From NCBI GenBank assembly GCA_045636865.1, contig JAZTYJ010000004.1, positions 108,662 through 172,661 on the forward strand: a stretch of 64,000 bases of DNA. Direction: 5' to 3'. The first letter of the stretch is position 1; every line of letters starts with the position of its first letter. This DNA is from Eubacteriales bacterium (lineage in GTDB: Bacteria > Bacillota > Clostridia > Oscillospirales > JAAYXM01). A program made the translations under genes and the position numbers. Below, piece after piece: positions 46,509 through 54,876 of the stretch. The notes beneath the pieces are model-generated. The model had not been told where the DNA came from. It saw nothing but the letters and a program-made list of their open reading frames with translations, and ran no database searches.

Positions 46509-46585
46509 GCGCTGTTAGCTCAGCTGGATAGAGCGTGTGGCTACGGACCACAAGGTCGGGGATTCGAATTCTCCACAGCGCGCCA
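46509..46585 (+). tRNA. tRNA-Arg (anticodon ACG), CCA encoded
   Basis: Manual cloverleaf. The 7-bp acceptor is GCGCUGU/ACAGCGC. The D-arm is GCUC/GAGC. The anticodon stem is UGUGG/CCACA with loop CUACGGA. The T-arm is GGGGA-UUCGAAU-UCUCC. The discriminator is G, followed by CCA. Confidence 0.95.
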
Positions 46586-46616
46586 GTCGGTTTCCTTTCG
46601 GAAACCGACTTTTTTT
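46586..46616 (+). terminator. intrinsic terminator after tRNA-Arg
   Basis: gtcggtttcc-tttc-ggaaaccgac followed by TTTTTTT. Confidence 0.85.
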
Positions 46617-46639
46617 ATTATCGAAAATCACGAAAAGCA

Positions 46640-46674
46640 TTGACAATTGCGGTGTTTTTATTATAGAATATAAT
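46640..46674 (+). promoter_or_regulatory. thrS promoter region
   Basis: TTGACA at 46640-46645 with TAGAAT 18 nt downstream. A TATAAT at 46669-46674 is too far from this -35. Confidence 0.5.
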
Positions 46675-46740
46675 GTGAATAATGGCGTATTGTGTGCATT
46701 GTTCAAACAAAAGATTTTATATCCGAAAGAGGGTTTTGAT

Positions 46741-48504
46741 ATGAAAGTAATTTACAGCAACGGTACGGTTGGTGAGTGTCCGCAGGAAGAAGAGCTTCAC
46801 GTTATCCGCCATTCAGCAGCACATATAATGGCTCAGGCGATTTCAAGGCTCTATCCGAACGCGCATTTTGCTTATGGTCCGGCAACAGAAAAAGGTTTTT
46901 ACTATGACGTAGACCTTGGCGACGAAAAGCTTTCTGATGAAGATCTTTTAAAGATTGAGAAGGAAATGAAAAAGATTGTCAAGGAGAATCTTCCGATAAA
47001 GCCGTATGTTCTCCCGAGAGACGAAGCTATCGCTCTTATGGAGAGCCGCGGTGAGAAGTATAAGGTTGAGCATATCGGCGATCTTCCGGAAGATGCAGAA
47101 ATAAGCTTCTATCAGCAGGGCGACTATATCGATATGTGCGTAGGTCCGCACCTCTGTTACACAAAGGCACTCAAGGCGTTCAAGATTACCGACCAGTCAG
47201 GTGCTTACTGGAAGAATGACAAAAACAACAAGATGCTCACACGTGTCAAGGGTATTGCTTTTGCAACACAGCAGGAGCTTGAAGAGTACTTAAAGCTCCT
47301 TGAAGAAGCAGAGCGTCGCGACCATCGCCGCATAGGTAAGGAAATGGGCCTCTTTATGTTTGCTGACGAGGCTCCGGGATTCCCGTTCTTCCTTCCGAAG
47401 GGTATGACGCTCAAGAATACACTCATCGAATACTGGAGAGAGCTCCACACACGCAATAACTATGTTGAGGTTTCAACTCCGCTCATTATGAACCGCAAGC
47501 TCTGGGAAACAAGCGGACATTGGGATCACTACAAGGATAATATGTATTCAACTACCATCGATGAAGAAACCTTCTGCGTAAAGCCGATGAACTGCCCGGG
47601 TGGAGTTATGGTTTACCGTTCAACTCCGCACAGCTACCGTGAGCTTCCGATTCGCATGGGCGAGCTTGGTCTTGTTCATCGCCACGAGCTTCGCGGTGCA
47701 CTCCACGGTCTTTTCCGCGTCCGTTGCTTTACTCAGGACGATGCGCACATCTTTATGCGCCGTGAGCAGATCACAGACGAAATTATCGCAGTTGTAGGGC
47801 TCATAAACGAAGTTTATGAGAAATTCGGCTTTAAGTATTCTGTCGAGCTTTCAACAAGACCCGAAGACAGTATGGGTTCAGATGCAGACTGGGAGGCAGC
47901 GACAAACGGTCTCCGCGGTGCGCTTGAGCAGCTCGGACTTCCGTATACAATCAACGAGGGTGACGGCGCGTTCTACGGTCCGAAGATCGACTTCCACCTT
48001 GAAGACTCACTCGGAAGAACATGGCAGTGCGGAACGATTCAGCTTGACTTCCAGATGCCGCTTAACTTTGAGCTTGATTATATCGACGAAAACGGCGAGA
48101 AGCAGCGTCCGATTATGATTCACCGCGTATGCTTCGGTTCAATTGAGCGTTTTATCGGTATCATCACCGAGCACTTTGCAGGTAAGTATCCTGTATGGCT
48201 TGCTCCGACACAGGCAAAGGTTCTTCTTGTTTCGGAGAAGAGTGCGGAGTACGGCAAAGAGGTTTATGAGGCTCTCCGTGCAGCGGGTGTAAGAGTTGAG
48301 ATGGACAACAGAAACGAAAAGATCGGATATATGATCCGCGAGGCACAGACTGTCGGTCGTGTACCGTATATGGTAATCATCGGCCAGCAGGAGGTTGAGA
48401 ACAAAACTGTTTCTATCCGCTACCGCGATACTGCGGCAAACGAAACAATGACACTTGATGAGTTTATCGCAAAGATAACAAAAGAAATCAAGGAAAGAGC
48501 ATAA
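46741..48504 (+). CDS. thrS: threonine--tRNA ligase lacking the N-terminal TGS domain
   Basis: Start ATG at 46741 with RBS AAAGAGGG. The editing domain HSAAH and CVGPH are present, as are the class II core and the anticodon-binding domain. 587 aa. Confidence 0.95.
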   Translation: MKVIYSNGTVGECPQEEELHVIRHSAAHIMAQAISRLYPNAHFAYGPATEKGFYYDVDLGDEKLSDEDLLKIEKEMKKIVKENLPIKPYVLPRDEAIALMESRGEKYKVEHIGDLPEDAEISFYQQGDYIDMCVGPHLCYTKALKAFKITDQSGAYWKNDKNNKMLTRVKGIAFATQQELEEYLKLLEEAERRDHRRIGKEMGLFMFADEAPGFPFFLPKGMTLKNTLIEYWRELHTRNNYVEVSTPLIMNRKLWETSGHWDHYKDNMYSTTIDEETFCVKPMNCPGGVMVYRSTPHSYRELPIRMGELGLVHRHELRGALHGLFRVRCFTQDDAHIFMRREQITDEIIAVVGLINEVYEKFGFKYSVELSTRPEDSMGSDADWEAATNGLRGALEQLGLPYTINEGDGAFYGPKIDFHLEDSLGRTWQCGTIQLDFQMPLNFELDYIDENGEKQRPIMIHRVCFGSIERFIGIITEHFAGKYPVWLAPTQAKVLLVSEKSAEYGKEVYEALRAAGVRVEMDNRNEKIGYMIREAQTVGRVPYMVIIGQQEVENKTVSIRYRDTAANETMTLDEFIAKITKEIKERA

Positions 48505-48514
48505 AACAATAAAA

Positions 48515-48547
48515 ACACCGATATGCAGTTGCATATCGGTGTTTTTT
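48515..48547. terminator. bidirectional intrinsic terminator
   Basis: acaccgatatgc-agtt-gcatatcggtgt flanked by AAAAA and TTTTTT. Confidence 0.85.
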
Positions 48548-49082
48548 ATATGCTGTAAAGAGAAACGCCTGTTTCGCCGTCAATCTCATCAAGAAAAACA
48601 GAGACAAGCTCGTTTTTTGAGGTCGGGATGTTCTTACCGACAAAATCCGGGCGGATGGGAAGCTCGCGGTGTCCGCGGTCGATGAGGACTGCAAGCTGAA
48701 TTGACTTCGGACGTCCGAAACGGAAAACAGAGTCGATGGCGGCTCGCGCGGTGCGGCCCGTATAGATAACATCGTCTACGATTATTACGTTGTAATTGCT
48801 GACGTCAACGGGAATCTCACAGCCTTCTGTCGTGGGGAGGGGGAGCGGCTCTGTGAGATCGTCACGATAAAGGGTAATATCCGTGTGTCCCATAGGAACG
48901 TCGATTCCCTCAAACTTCTTTATATTGTCGCGAAGCATTTTTGCAAGGGGGATTCCTCTGCGCTTGACGCCGAGTAGACAAATTCCCTCTGCACCGCGGT
49001 TTTTCTCTATTATTTCATGCGTGATACGGGCAACCGAGCGATAGAGGCTTGCCTCGTCCATTATCTTTGCTTTAAACTCCAT
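48546..49082 (-). CDS. pyrR: bifunctional pyr operon regulator / uracil phosphoribosyltransferase PyrR
   Basis: 178 aa. PRPP loop VIIVDDVIYTGRT and the typical PyrR N-terminus. No pyr biosynthetic genes lie adjacent. Confidence 0.9.
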   Translation of the reverse strand: MEFKAKIMDEASLYRSVARITHEIIEKNRGAEGICLLGVKRRGIPLAKMLRDNIKKFEGIDVPMGHTDITLYRDDLTEPLPLPTTEGCEIPVDVSNYNVIIVDDVIYTGRTARAAIDSVFRFGRPKSIQLAVLIDRGHRELPIRPDFVGKNIPTSKNELVSVFLDEIDGETGVSLYSI

Positions 49083-49159
49083 AATATAGAGCCTCCTTTA
49101 TGGGTTTTATTATTATACCAAAGCAAAAACGCATAGTCAAGACGGCCGTAAAAAATTTA

Positions 49160-49188
49160 TTGACAAAGTCTTCTTGTTTTGCTAAAAT
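49160..49188 (+). promoter_or_regulatory. gtrA-like gene promoter, TTGACA-17 nt-TAAAAT
   Basis: -35 at 49160-49165 and -10 at 49183-49188. Confidence 0.6.
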
Positions 49189-49221
49189 AAATTTAAATTG
49201 TTTGTGGAACGGAGAACTAAA

Positions 49222-49629
49222 ATGGAAAACAAAAGTCGCGCAGAGATTATAAGGGCGATAAAGTTCACTCTTTTCTCAATAAGTGCGGGAGTTATCCAGA
49301 TTATAAGCTTTGCGCTTTTGAACGAAGTTTTCAGATTAAACTACTGGGTTTGTTATCTTACGGCACTTATCCTGTCGATTTTGTGGAACTTCACGCTCAA
49401 TCGCAATTTCACCTTCAAATCCGCATCGAATATACCGCTTGCAATGCTCAAAACGCTCGCGTTCTACGCGGTTTTTACGCCGGCATCCACCATTTTTGGA
49501 AATTTCCTTGTTGAGGATCTTTTGTGGAACGAATACCTTGTAACGATTATGAATATGCTCATAAATTTCGTAACCGAATTTTTATATCAGAGATTTTTCG
49601 TGTTTGGAAAAAGTATCGACACGAAGTGA
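49222..49629 (+). CDS. GtrA family membrane protein
   Basis: ATG at 49222 with RBS GGAGAA. 4-TM protein with FTLFSISAGVIQI...NFTLNRNFTF motifs. Confidence 0.8.
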   Translation: MENKSRAEIIRAIKFTLFSISAGVIQIISFALLNEVFRLNYWVCYLTALILSILWNFTLNRNFTFKSASNIPLAMLKTLAFYAVFTPASTIFGNFLVEDLLWNEYLVTIMNMLINFVTEFLYQRFFVFGKSIDTK

Positions 49630-49675
49630 AAAATTACTAAACTTTTTATAAAACATACAGAAAACAGGTGTACTG

Positions 49676-50668
49676 ATGAAAAAAATTACCATAAAAGAAA
49701 TAGCAAAGATGGCGGGCGTTTCCGTTACGGCGGTCTCGTTTGTATTGAATGAAAAACCGGGTGTAAGCGAAGAGACACGAAAAATTGTCAAAGATATAAT
49801 CGAAAAGACCGGATTTCGCCCCAGCATCAATTCAAAAAGGCTTCTTCTCAACAAGAGCTTCAACATAAGCCTTATTGTAAATCAGAATTCGTCTCCGTTT
49901 GAAGACCTTTTTTATTTTGAGATAATGAACGGTATTCTGAATCAGAGCACGAAATACGGCTACAACATTGTTATAAACAAGCCTAAAAAAGGCGACCTTC
50001 CCGACAACGTTTATTCAGGCGATGCCGACGGAATGATTTTTATGCAGGATATTCCGCTTTCGATGAAGAAGAAGGCAACTGCAAGCGGAGTGCCGTTTGT
50101 TGTCGTCGATGCTCACGGAGGAGATATGTCGCAGATATCGGTGAGTGCGGACTATACTCAGGCGGCATATATGGCAACATCCTACCTCATTGAAAAAGGA
50201 CACAGGAAAATTGCAATGCTTTCGTCGAAAGTTGTCCCTGATTTTTACAAGCAGACACTTCAGGGATATACCAACGCGCTTTTGGAAAATTCTATCGCTG
50301 TGCTTCCCGAATTCATAGAGAATACGGCAGAAAATGAAGAGACTGCATACAACGTCGCAAAGGAAATTCTCTCGAAGGAGGAGCGTCCGAGCGCAATTCT
50401 CTGTACGATTGACAGTTTTGCGGTCGGTGCGATGCGATGCGCAAAGGATATGGGATTATCCGTGCCGGAGGATGTTTCGTTTATGGGTATTGATGATATT
50501 CTCCTCGCAAGATATATTGAGCCGAAGCTCACGACCATAAAGATAGACAAGACCGAAATGGGTGCAATTGCCATGGATCTTCTCCGCCGTATGATCAGCG
50601 GAAAGCCTGTTAAGAGCTATTCTATCCCGATGCAGCTTGTTGAGCGCGATTCGGTTAGAAAAATGTAA
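49676..50668 (+). CDS. LacI family transcriptional regulator
   Basis: N-terminal HTH ITIKEIAKMAGVSVTAVSFVLN plus a sugar-binding fold. Confidence 0.9.
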   Translation: MKKITIKEIAKMAGVSVTAVSFVLNEKPGVSEETRKIVKDIIEKTGFRPSINSKRLLLNKSFNISLIVNQNSSPFEDLFYFEIMNGILNQSTKYGYNIVINKPKKGDLPDNVYSGDADGMIFMQDIPLSMKKKATASGVPFVVVDAHGGDMSQISVSADYTQAAYMATSYLIEKGHRKIAMLSSKVVPDFYKQTLQGYTNALLENSIAVLPEFIENTAENEETAYNVAKEILSKEERPSAILCTIDSFAVGAMRCAKDMGLSVPEDVSFMGIDDILLARYIEPKLTTIKIDKTEMGAIAMDLLRRMISGKPVKSYSIPMQLVERDSVRKM

Positions 50669-50768
50669 GATAAAGAGGATACGGACACGTATCCGCTTTT
50701 TTGTCGATAAAATGTATTTACTTATTGCAGGACGTATGATATAATCTCTGTAATTTCGAGAGGAGAAG

Positions 50769-51521
50769 ATGATGATGTACAATGACAAGAAGTTTATAAA
50801 TAAAGATACTGTGTCTTTTTATGCAAATACAAATGAAGAATTTATTAAAAAGCCGGTCAAGGGAATTATTGCAGAGTTTCCGGGGCTTGACGGCGGCTCG
50901 TGCATCGGTGGAACGCTTCCGTGTGCAACATACGACACCGAGTGGACGCGCCGTTTTGCAGAAAAGGGTATTGTCGTCGCATACCTTTTCCCGGGACCGT
51001 GGAGCTGGGGACGTAAGGGCGTTTGCCGCATAGCAGATGCAGTTGTTGCGGCTATAGCGGATAAATACAGCCTCGGTGAAGATTTTCCGCTTGCAGTTTG
51101 TGGCGGCAGTATGGGAGGCGTCGGAACTGTGATGTTTTCCTCACAGACAAGGTTTAAGCTTCGCGCTGCGGCCATTGCTTGCCCGTGTGTTGATGCAAGC
51201 GACAGACTCACTTGCCATCCGGAATTTCCGAGAACTTATATCAGCGCGATAGCAGGGCTTGATATGGAGTTTGAAGACGGTCTTCGCGAAATTTCGCCAA
51301 TCCATTGCATAGATAAGATGCCTGACATCCCGTACTTCATATGCAGTGATAGAGAGGACGAAGTTTTCCCTGAAGAGCAGTGCGATATGTATGTGGAAAA
51401 ACTCAAAGGTGCAGGCAAAAGTGTAGAGTATTACAGACAACCCGGGATGAAGCATGGCGAATTCTTGCCTGAAGTAAGAGAAAAGTTACATGTATTTCTT
51501 GAAGAGGCGATTCTTGGATAA
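50769..51521 (+). CDS. alpha/beta hydrolase (esterase/peptidase S9-like)
   Basis: Nucleophile elbow GGSMGG. There are a downstream acidic residue (SDREDEV) and a His (MKHGEF) candidate triad. Confidence 0.7.
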   Translation: MMMYNDKKFINKDTVSFYANTNEEFIKKPVKGIIAEFPGLDGGSCIGGTLPCATYDTEWTRRFAEKGIVVAYLFPGPWSWGRKGVCRIADAVVAAIADKYSLGEDFPLAVCGGSMGGVGTVMFSSQTRFKLRAAAIACPCVDASDRLTCHPEFPRTYISAIAGLDMEFEDGLREISPIHCIDKMPDIPYFICSDREDEVFPEEQCDMYVEKLKGAGKSVEYYRQPGMKHGEFLPEVREKLHVFLEEAILG

Positions 51522-51530
51522 GAAAACAAA

Positions 51531-51560
51531 AAAGGCTGAACGGAAATCCGTTCAGCCTTT
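51531..51560. terminator. bidirectional intrinsic terminator
   Basis: 13-bp stem aaaggctgaacgg-aaat-ccgttcagccttt between convergent genes. Confidence 0.75.
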
Positions 51561-51570
51561 AAAATTTCTT

Positions 51571-52287
51571 TTACGGTAAGAGTCTGTGGGGAGTCATGCG
51601 GTAAGCATCGTTGCAGCGAACAAATGCCTCTGCATACTTAACGCCACACTGCATACCTCTGTATTTTGCCGTGATGGTCATATCCTCCGTGAAGGTATCC
51701 TCTGCTGAATAACCTGCATAGTTATCTGCCATCCATGCCTGCTGACTTTCGTGGCAAAGAAACATTTTCTTCTTTGTCTCGAAGTGATCGGTAATGTCGA
51801 CATAATCGGTCGGAACAAAGCCCATACCCTTTGCCGGTTCAAAGTAATAAATTACGGGGAGAGTCGGGCAGGGGGGTTCTTCTGTTTCGATTTTTGCGAT
51901 CGGAATCATAACCTGAATGTCGTTGATGATTTTGCTTGTAAGCATATGGTCGGGGTTATAGTCCTGCGGATTATGAGTGAGGATAACGTCTGCTTTGCAA
52001 TGTCTTACGAGGTTGATGAAGTTTATGCGGACTGAAAGGTCCTCATAGAAAAGCTCATCATCGTAATCAAGGCAGATGTATTCTGCGCCGATGATAGCTG
52101 CACTCTTTGCGGCCTCGCGCTTGCGGATTGCGCCGATCTCATCCTTCGGAAGAGTTGCAGAACCGATGTTGCCGTTTGTAGCTGTTGCGATGAAGACCTT
52201 ATGACCTTCCGCGGCATATTTTGCGAGTGTTCCTGCGCAGTTGATTTCGATATCATCGGGATGTGCGCCGATAGCCAATATATTCAT
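51571..52287 (-). CDS. PIG-L (LmbE-like) family N-acetyl-sugar deacetylase
   Basis: AIGAHPDDIE zinc motif at the N-terminus and HxDH-like HNPQDYNPDH. Confidence 0.85.
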   Translation of the reverse strand: MNILAIGAHPDDIEINCAGTLAKYAAEGHKVFIATATNGNIGSATLPKDEIGAIRKREAAKSAAIIGAEYICLDYDDELFYEDLSVRINFINLVRHCKADVILTHNPQDYNPDHMLTSKIINDIQVMIPIAKIETEEPPCPTLPVIYYFEPAKGMGFVPTDYVDITDHFETKKKMFLCHESQQAWMADNYAGYSAEDTFTEDMTITAKYRGMQCGVKYAEAFVRCNDAYRMTPHRLLP

Positions 52288-52310
52288 ATGAGTCGCTCCT
52301 TTATAAAATA

Positions 52311-52334
52311 GAGGGTGGGTTGCAACCCACCCTC
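52311..52334 (-). terminator. strong GC hairpin between the XI-like and PIG-L genes (attenuating or processing terminator)
   Basis: gagggtgggt-tgca-acccaccctc is a 10-bp stem. On the minus strand it is followed by UAUUUUAUAAAGGAG, which carries the next RBS. Confidence 0.55.
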
Positions 52335-52376
52335 AAGTTTTGAACTTGTTAAATTAAATTCCGTAAAGCTATGGGA

Positions 52377-53411
52377 TTAGTTAAGACCCATAAGAAGCTC
52401 CATAACGTAGAGCTCAAGCTTTTCGTAGTCGCGCTCTGCAACACACTTTGCCTGGTAGTCATAGTCAAACTTCTCAACCTTAGCTTCAAGAGCCTTAGCG
52501 ATCTTTAAGCTGTTGATGAGGTGCTGATAGCTGCCTTCCTGCTTCTGAGTTCTCATGACCTTGACGTCAAGACCGATGTACTCACCGTTCTTGCCAAAAT
52601 CTGTTTCAGCGAGAACCTTCATCTGGTTGAATGCTGCGCGGAGGTTTTCAACACCAAAGCTCTTGTCCTGGACAAACTTCATGCCGTTCTGGTCGTTGAG
52701 GTGAACGCCCCAGAGCTTGCCCATAGCTGATGCAAAACCGATTTCGCTTGCAGGATCAAGACCTGCGAGCATTGCGTGAGCTGACTCAAGGAGACCGCCA
52801 ACACGTGACGGATCCTTTGTTGCAGCAGAGATAGCCATACAATGTCCCATTGTCGGGCAAACGCTGCGGTCGATCGGCTCATTCGGCTTTGTTTCGATGA
52901 GAACCTTGATGTCCTTATCGTAGTCGAGCATCTTGTTGATAGCGTCGATGAGGCGCTTTGTTGATTCTACCGGGCTCTTGCTTTCGTAGCAGAGTGTGCC
53001 TTCGCGAGCGAGCCAGAGAACGATTTTATCACATCCGAGAACCTTTGCGATGTCGATTGAGCGGTAAGCTCTCCACATAGCATATTCTCTGTCTTCTGCG
53101 CTGTTTGAGCAGAAGCCACCGTCTGTTGTGTGCGGATCAAACCAGAGACGCGGAGCAACGAATTCAGCAGCGAGATCATACTTATCAAGAAGAGCCTTTA
53201 CTTTCTTAGCTTCTTCGATGATTTCTGCTTCTGTGTAGTTGTTGATGTTCGGAACAGCGTCGTCATCATGGAACTGGATAGCATCAAAACCGATTTCCTT
53301 AAAGGTTTTGATTTTTTCCTCAAACGGGATAGTGTCGCGGACTGCAGGACCGTAAGCGTCTGCACCTTCGTGAACGTTCCACGGACCGACTGAATACTTG
53401 AATCTTGACAT
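52377..53411 (-). CDS. xylose-isomerase-superfamily TIM-barrel sugar isomerase, non-canonical metal motif
   Basis: Alignable with class I xylose isomerase from memory (FHDDD, ETKPNEP, ESAH). It has VHLND...VQD where XI has HIDLN...DQD. RBS CAGGAGGG. Confidence 0.75.
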   Translation of the reverse strand: MSRFKYSVGPWNVHEGADAYGPAVRDTIPFEEKIKTFKEIGFDAIQFHDDDAVPNINNYTEAEIIEEAKKVKALLDKYDLAAEFVAPRLWFDPHTTDGGFCSNSAEDREYAMWRAYRSIDIAKVLGCDKIVLWLAREGTLCYESKSPVESTKRLIDAINKMLDYDKDIKVLIETKPNEPIDRSVCPTMGHCMAISAATKDPSRVGGLLESAHAMLAGLDPASEIGFASAMGKLWGVHLNDQNGMKFVQDKSFGVENLRAAFNQMKVLAETDFGKNGEYIGLDVKVMRTQKQEGSYQHLINSLKIAKALEAKVEKFDYDYQAKCVAERDYEKLELYVMELLMGLN

Positions 53412-53439
53412 AATAAAACCCTCCTGAATATATTATATT

Positions 53440-53543
53440 TTTGTTTTTTTCTCAAACGGAATTGTTTCACGGACTGCAGGGCTGAAAGTGTCTGCGCCTT
53501 CGTGAAAATTCCGGGGACCGACTGAATACTTGAATTTTGATAT
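53440..53543 (-). pseudogene. decayed duplicate of the first ~35 codons of the XI-like gene (start codon ATG->ATA)
   Basis: 53451-53543 aligns without indels to 53319-53411 at a 132-bp offset, with about 15 mismatches in about 95 nt. It reads ISKFKYSVGPRNFHEGADTFSPAVRETIPFEKKTKI* against MSRFKYSVGPWNVHEGADAYGPAVRDTIPFEEKIKT. Confidence 0.6.
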
Positions 53544-54757
53544 TAGAGGCTGAGAATGATGTTTCTGAGGTTGTCTGCAACCTGCTTGATTTCCTCTTCT
53601 GTTGAGAGGATGTTGATGCCGTAGCCTGATCCGAGACCCTTATCAACAACACCGACGCTGATATTGACTGCACGGTCAAGGATTGAGTCTGTCTGCGGGA
53701 GCATATGCTTTGCATATTCTCTGTCGTTTACGTTCATTGTGTTAGCCGGCATAAGCTTGTTGAGAACCTGCTCCATATTGTTGTAAACGTGCCAGCCTGA
53801 ATATGCGATCGGTCTGCCGCCTGTCTTTTCGCAGAACTTTTCAGCAAGCTCTTTTGTGTCAAAGAGGATTGTGAGAAGTGTTGCGCATTCGCCTTCGTCG
53901 TTGATCTTTCTAAAGGAGATGTGCGGAAGGTCCTTGAGCATATCCTTAAGCATTGCTTTTTTAGCTCTGAGTGTTGCGAGGATTTCATCGAGCTTGCGTG
54001 TCTGAGCAAGAGCAACAGCACCTGTGAGCTCGTTCATTCTCATGTTCATACCGATTATGCTGCGGTTACCGATTTCAACGCCTGTACGGTTGGGCTTGTG
54101 ACCCTGATCGTGATAACCGAAAGCTCTCTCGTAGAGGTTTTCGTCGTTTGTGATAACAGCGCCGCCGTCACCTGTTGAGATTGTCTTGAAAACGTTGAGT
54201 GAGAAAGCACCGATGTTGCCGTATGTACCGCAACGCTTACCCTTGTAGCTTGCGCCGACAGCCTGGCAGCAGTCTTCAAGAACGTAGAGGTTGTGCTTCT
54301 TTGCGATAGCCATGATAGCGTCCATATCGCAGGGGTTGCCGAGCATATGTACCGGAAGGATAGCCTTTGTCTTCGGTGTGATAAGCTCTTCGATCTTTGT
54401 CGGGTCGATGGTGAGAGATTCGTCGATCTCTGCAAGAACCGGAATTGCACCGGAGAGCATAATTGTTGAGATTGATGCGATGAAAGTGTAACCCGGAACG
54501 ATTACTTCATCACCTGCACCGATTCCGAGAGCTGCAAGAGCTGCAAGGAGTGAGCAGGTTCCGCTTGTTGTAGCAACAGCGTACTTTGCGCCCATAGTCT
54601 TCTTGAGTGCTTCTTCGAAATCTACGACTTTGTGTGTATAGCCCTCTGCTGAAGCATCACCGTAACGGAAAAGGTATCTGCCTTCAAGGACTTCCATAAC
54701 TTCTTTTCTTTCTTCTTCACCGAATACGAATGATCCGGGTCCGCCTGATCTTGCCAT
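53543..54757 (-). CDS. DegT/DnrJ/EryC1/StrS family PLP-dependent sugar aminotransferase
   Basis: ATTSGTCSL, PGYTFIAS, and a Lys in FSLNVFKTISTGDGGAV. RBS AGGAGGATGA. Confidence 0.9.
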   Translation of the reverse strand: MARSGGPGSFVFGEEERKEVMEVLEGRYLFRYGDASAEGYTHKVVDFEEALKKTMGAKYAVATTSGTCSLLAALAALGIGAGDEVIVPGYTFIASISTIMLSGAIPVLAEIDESLTIDPTKIEELITPKTKAILPVHMLGNPCDMDAIMAIAKKHNLYVLEDCCQAVGASYKGKRCGTYGNIGAFSLNVFKTISTGDGGAVITNDENLYERAFGYHDQGHKPNRTGVEIGNRSIIGMNMRMNELTGAVALAQTRKLDEILATLRAKKAMLKDMLKDLPHISFRKINDEGECATLLTILFDTKELAEKFCEKTGGRPIAYSGWHVYNNMEQVLNKLMPANTMNVNDREYAKHMLPQTDSILDRAVNISVGVVDKGLGSGYGINILSTEEEIKQVADNLRNIILSL

Positions 54758-54793
54758 AGTATCATCCTCCTGATTTTACTTATTAATAATATA

Positions 54794-54822
54794 ATTATAC
54801 TAAATCGTTTTAGAGTTGTCAA
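54794..54822 (-). promoter_or_regulatory. perfect consensus promoter TTGACA-17 nt-TATAAT for the aminotransferase operon
   Basis: On the minus strand the -35 is at 54817-54822 and the -10 at 54794-54799. Confidence 0.75.
54800..54813. promoter_or_regulatory. LacI-type operator candidate CTAAATCGTTTTAG inside the promoter spacer
   Basis: 14-bp palindrome with 12/14 symmetric positions and a central CG. A related core AAAACGATTT lies at 54870-54879. Confidence 0.45.
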
Positions 54823-54876
54823 TATCCAATAATAAAATATAAAAAATTTTAAATCGGAAAGCTATCTGAAAACGAT

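Noticed and set aside
46537-46740. The ORF track extends thrS upstream to 46537, giving 655 aa.
   Set aside because: The extension runs through the 3' half of tRNA-Arg, its terminator and the thrS promoter. The peptide (MATDHKVGDSNSPQRASRFPFGNRLF...) has no ThrRS similarity. ATG 46741 has a proper RBS.
46617-46740. A T-box leader upstream of thrS.
   Set aside because: There is no GGTGGTACCGCG-like sequence and no AGAGA/GGUGNGA elements. Only about 70 nt lie between the promoter and the start codon.
49083-49125. A PyrR-binding loop upstream of pyrR. CCAUAAAGGAGGCU vaguely resembles UCCAGAGAGGCU.
   Set aside because: The match is mostly the Shine-Dalgarno sequence itself, no anti-terminator or terminator pair is present, and the spacing differs from the consensus. 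The evidence is insufficient.
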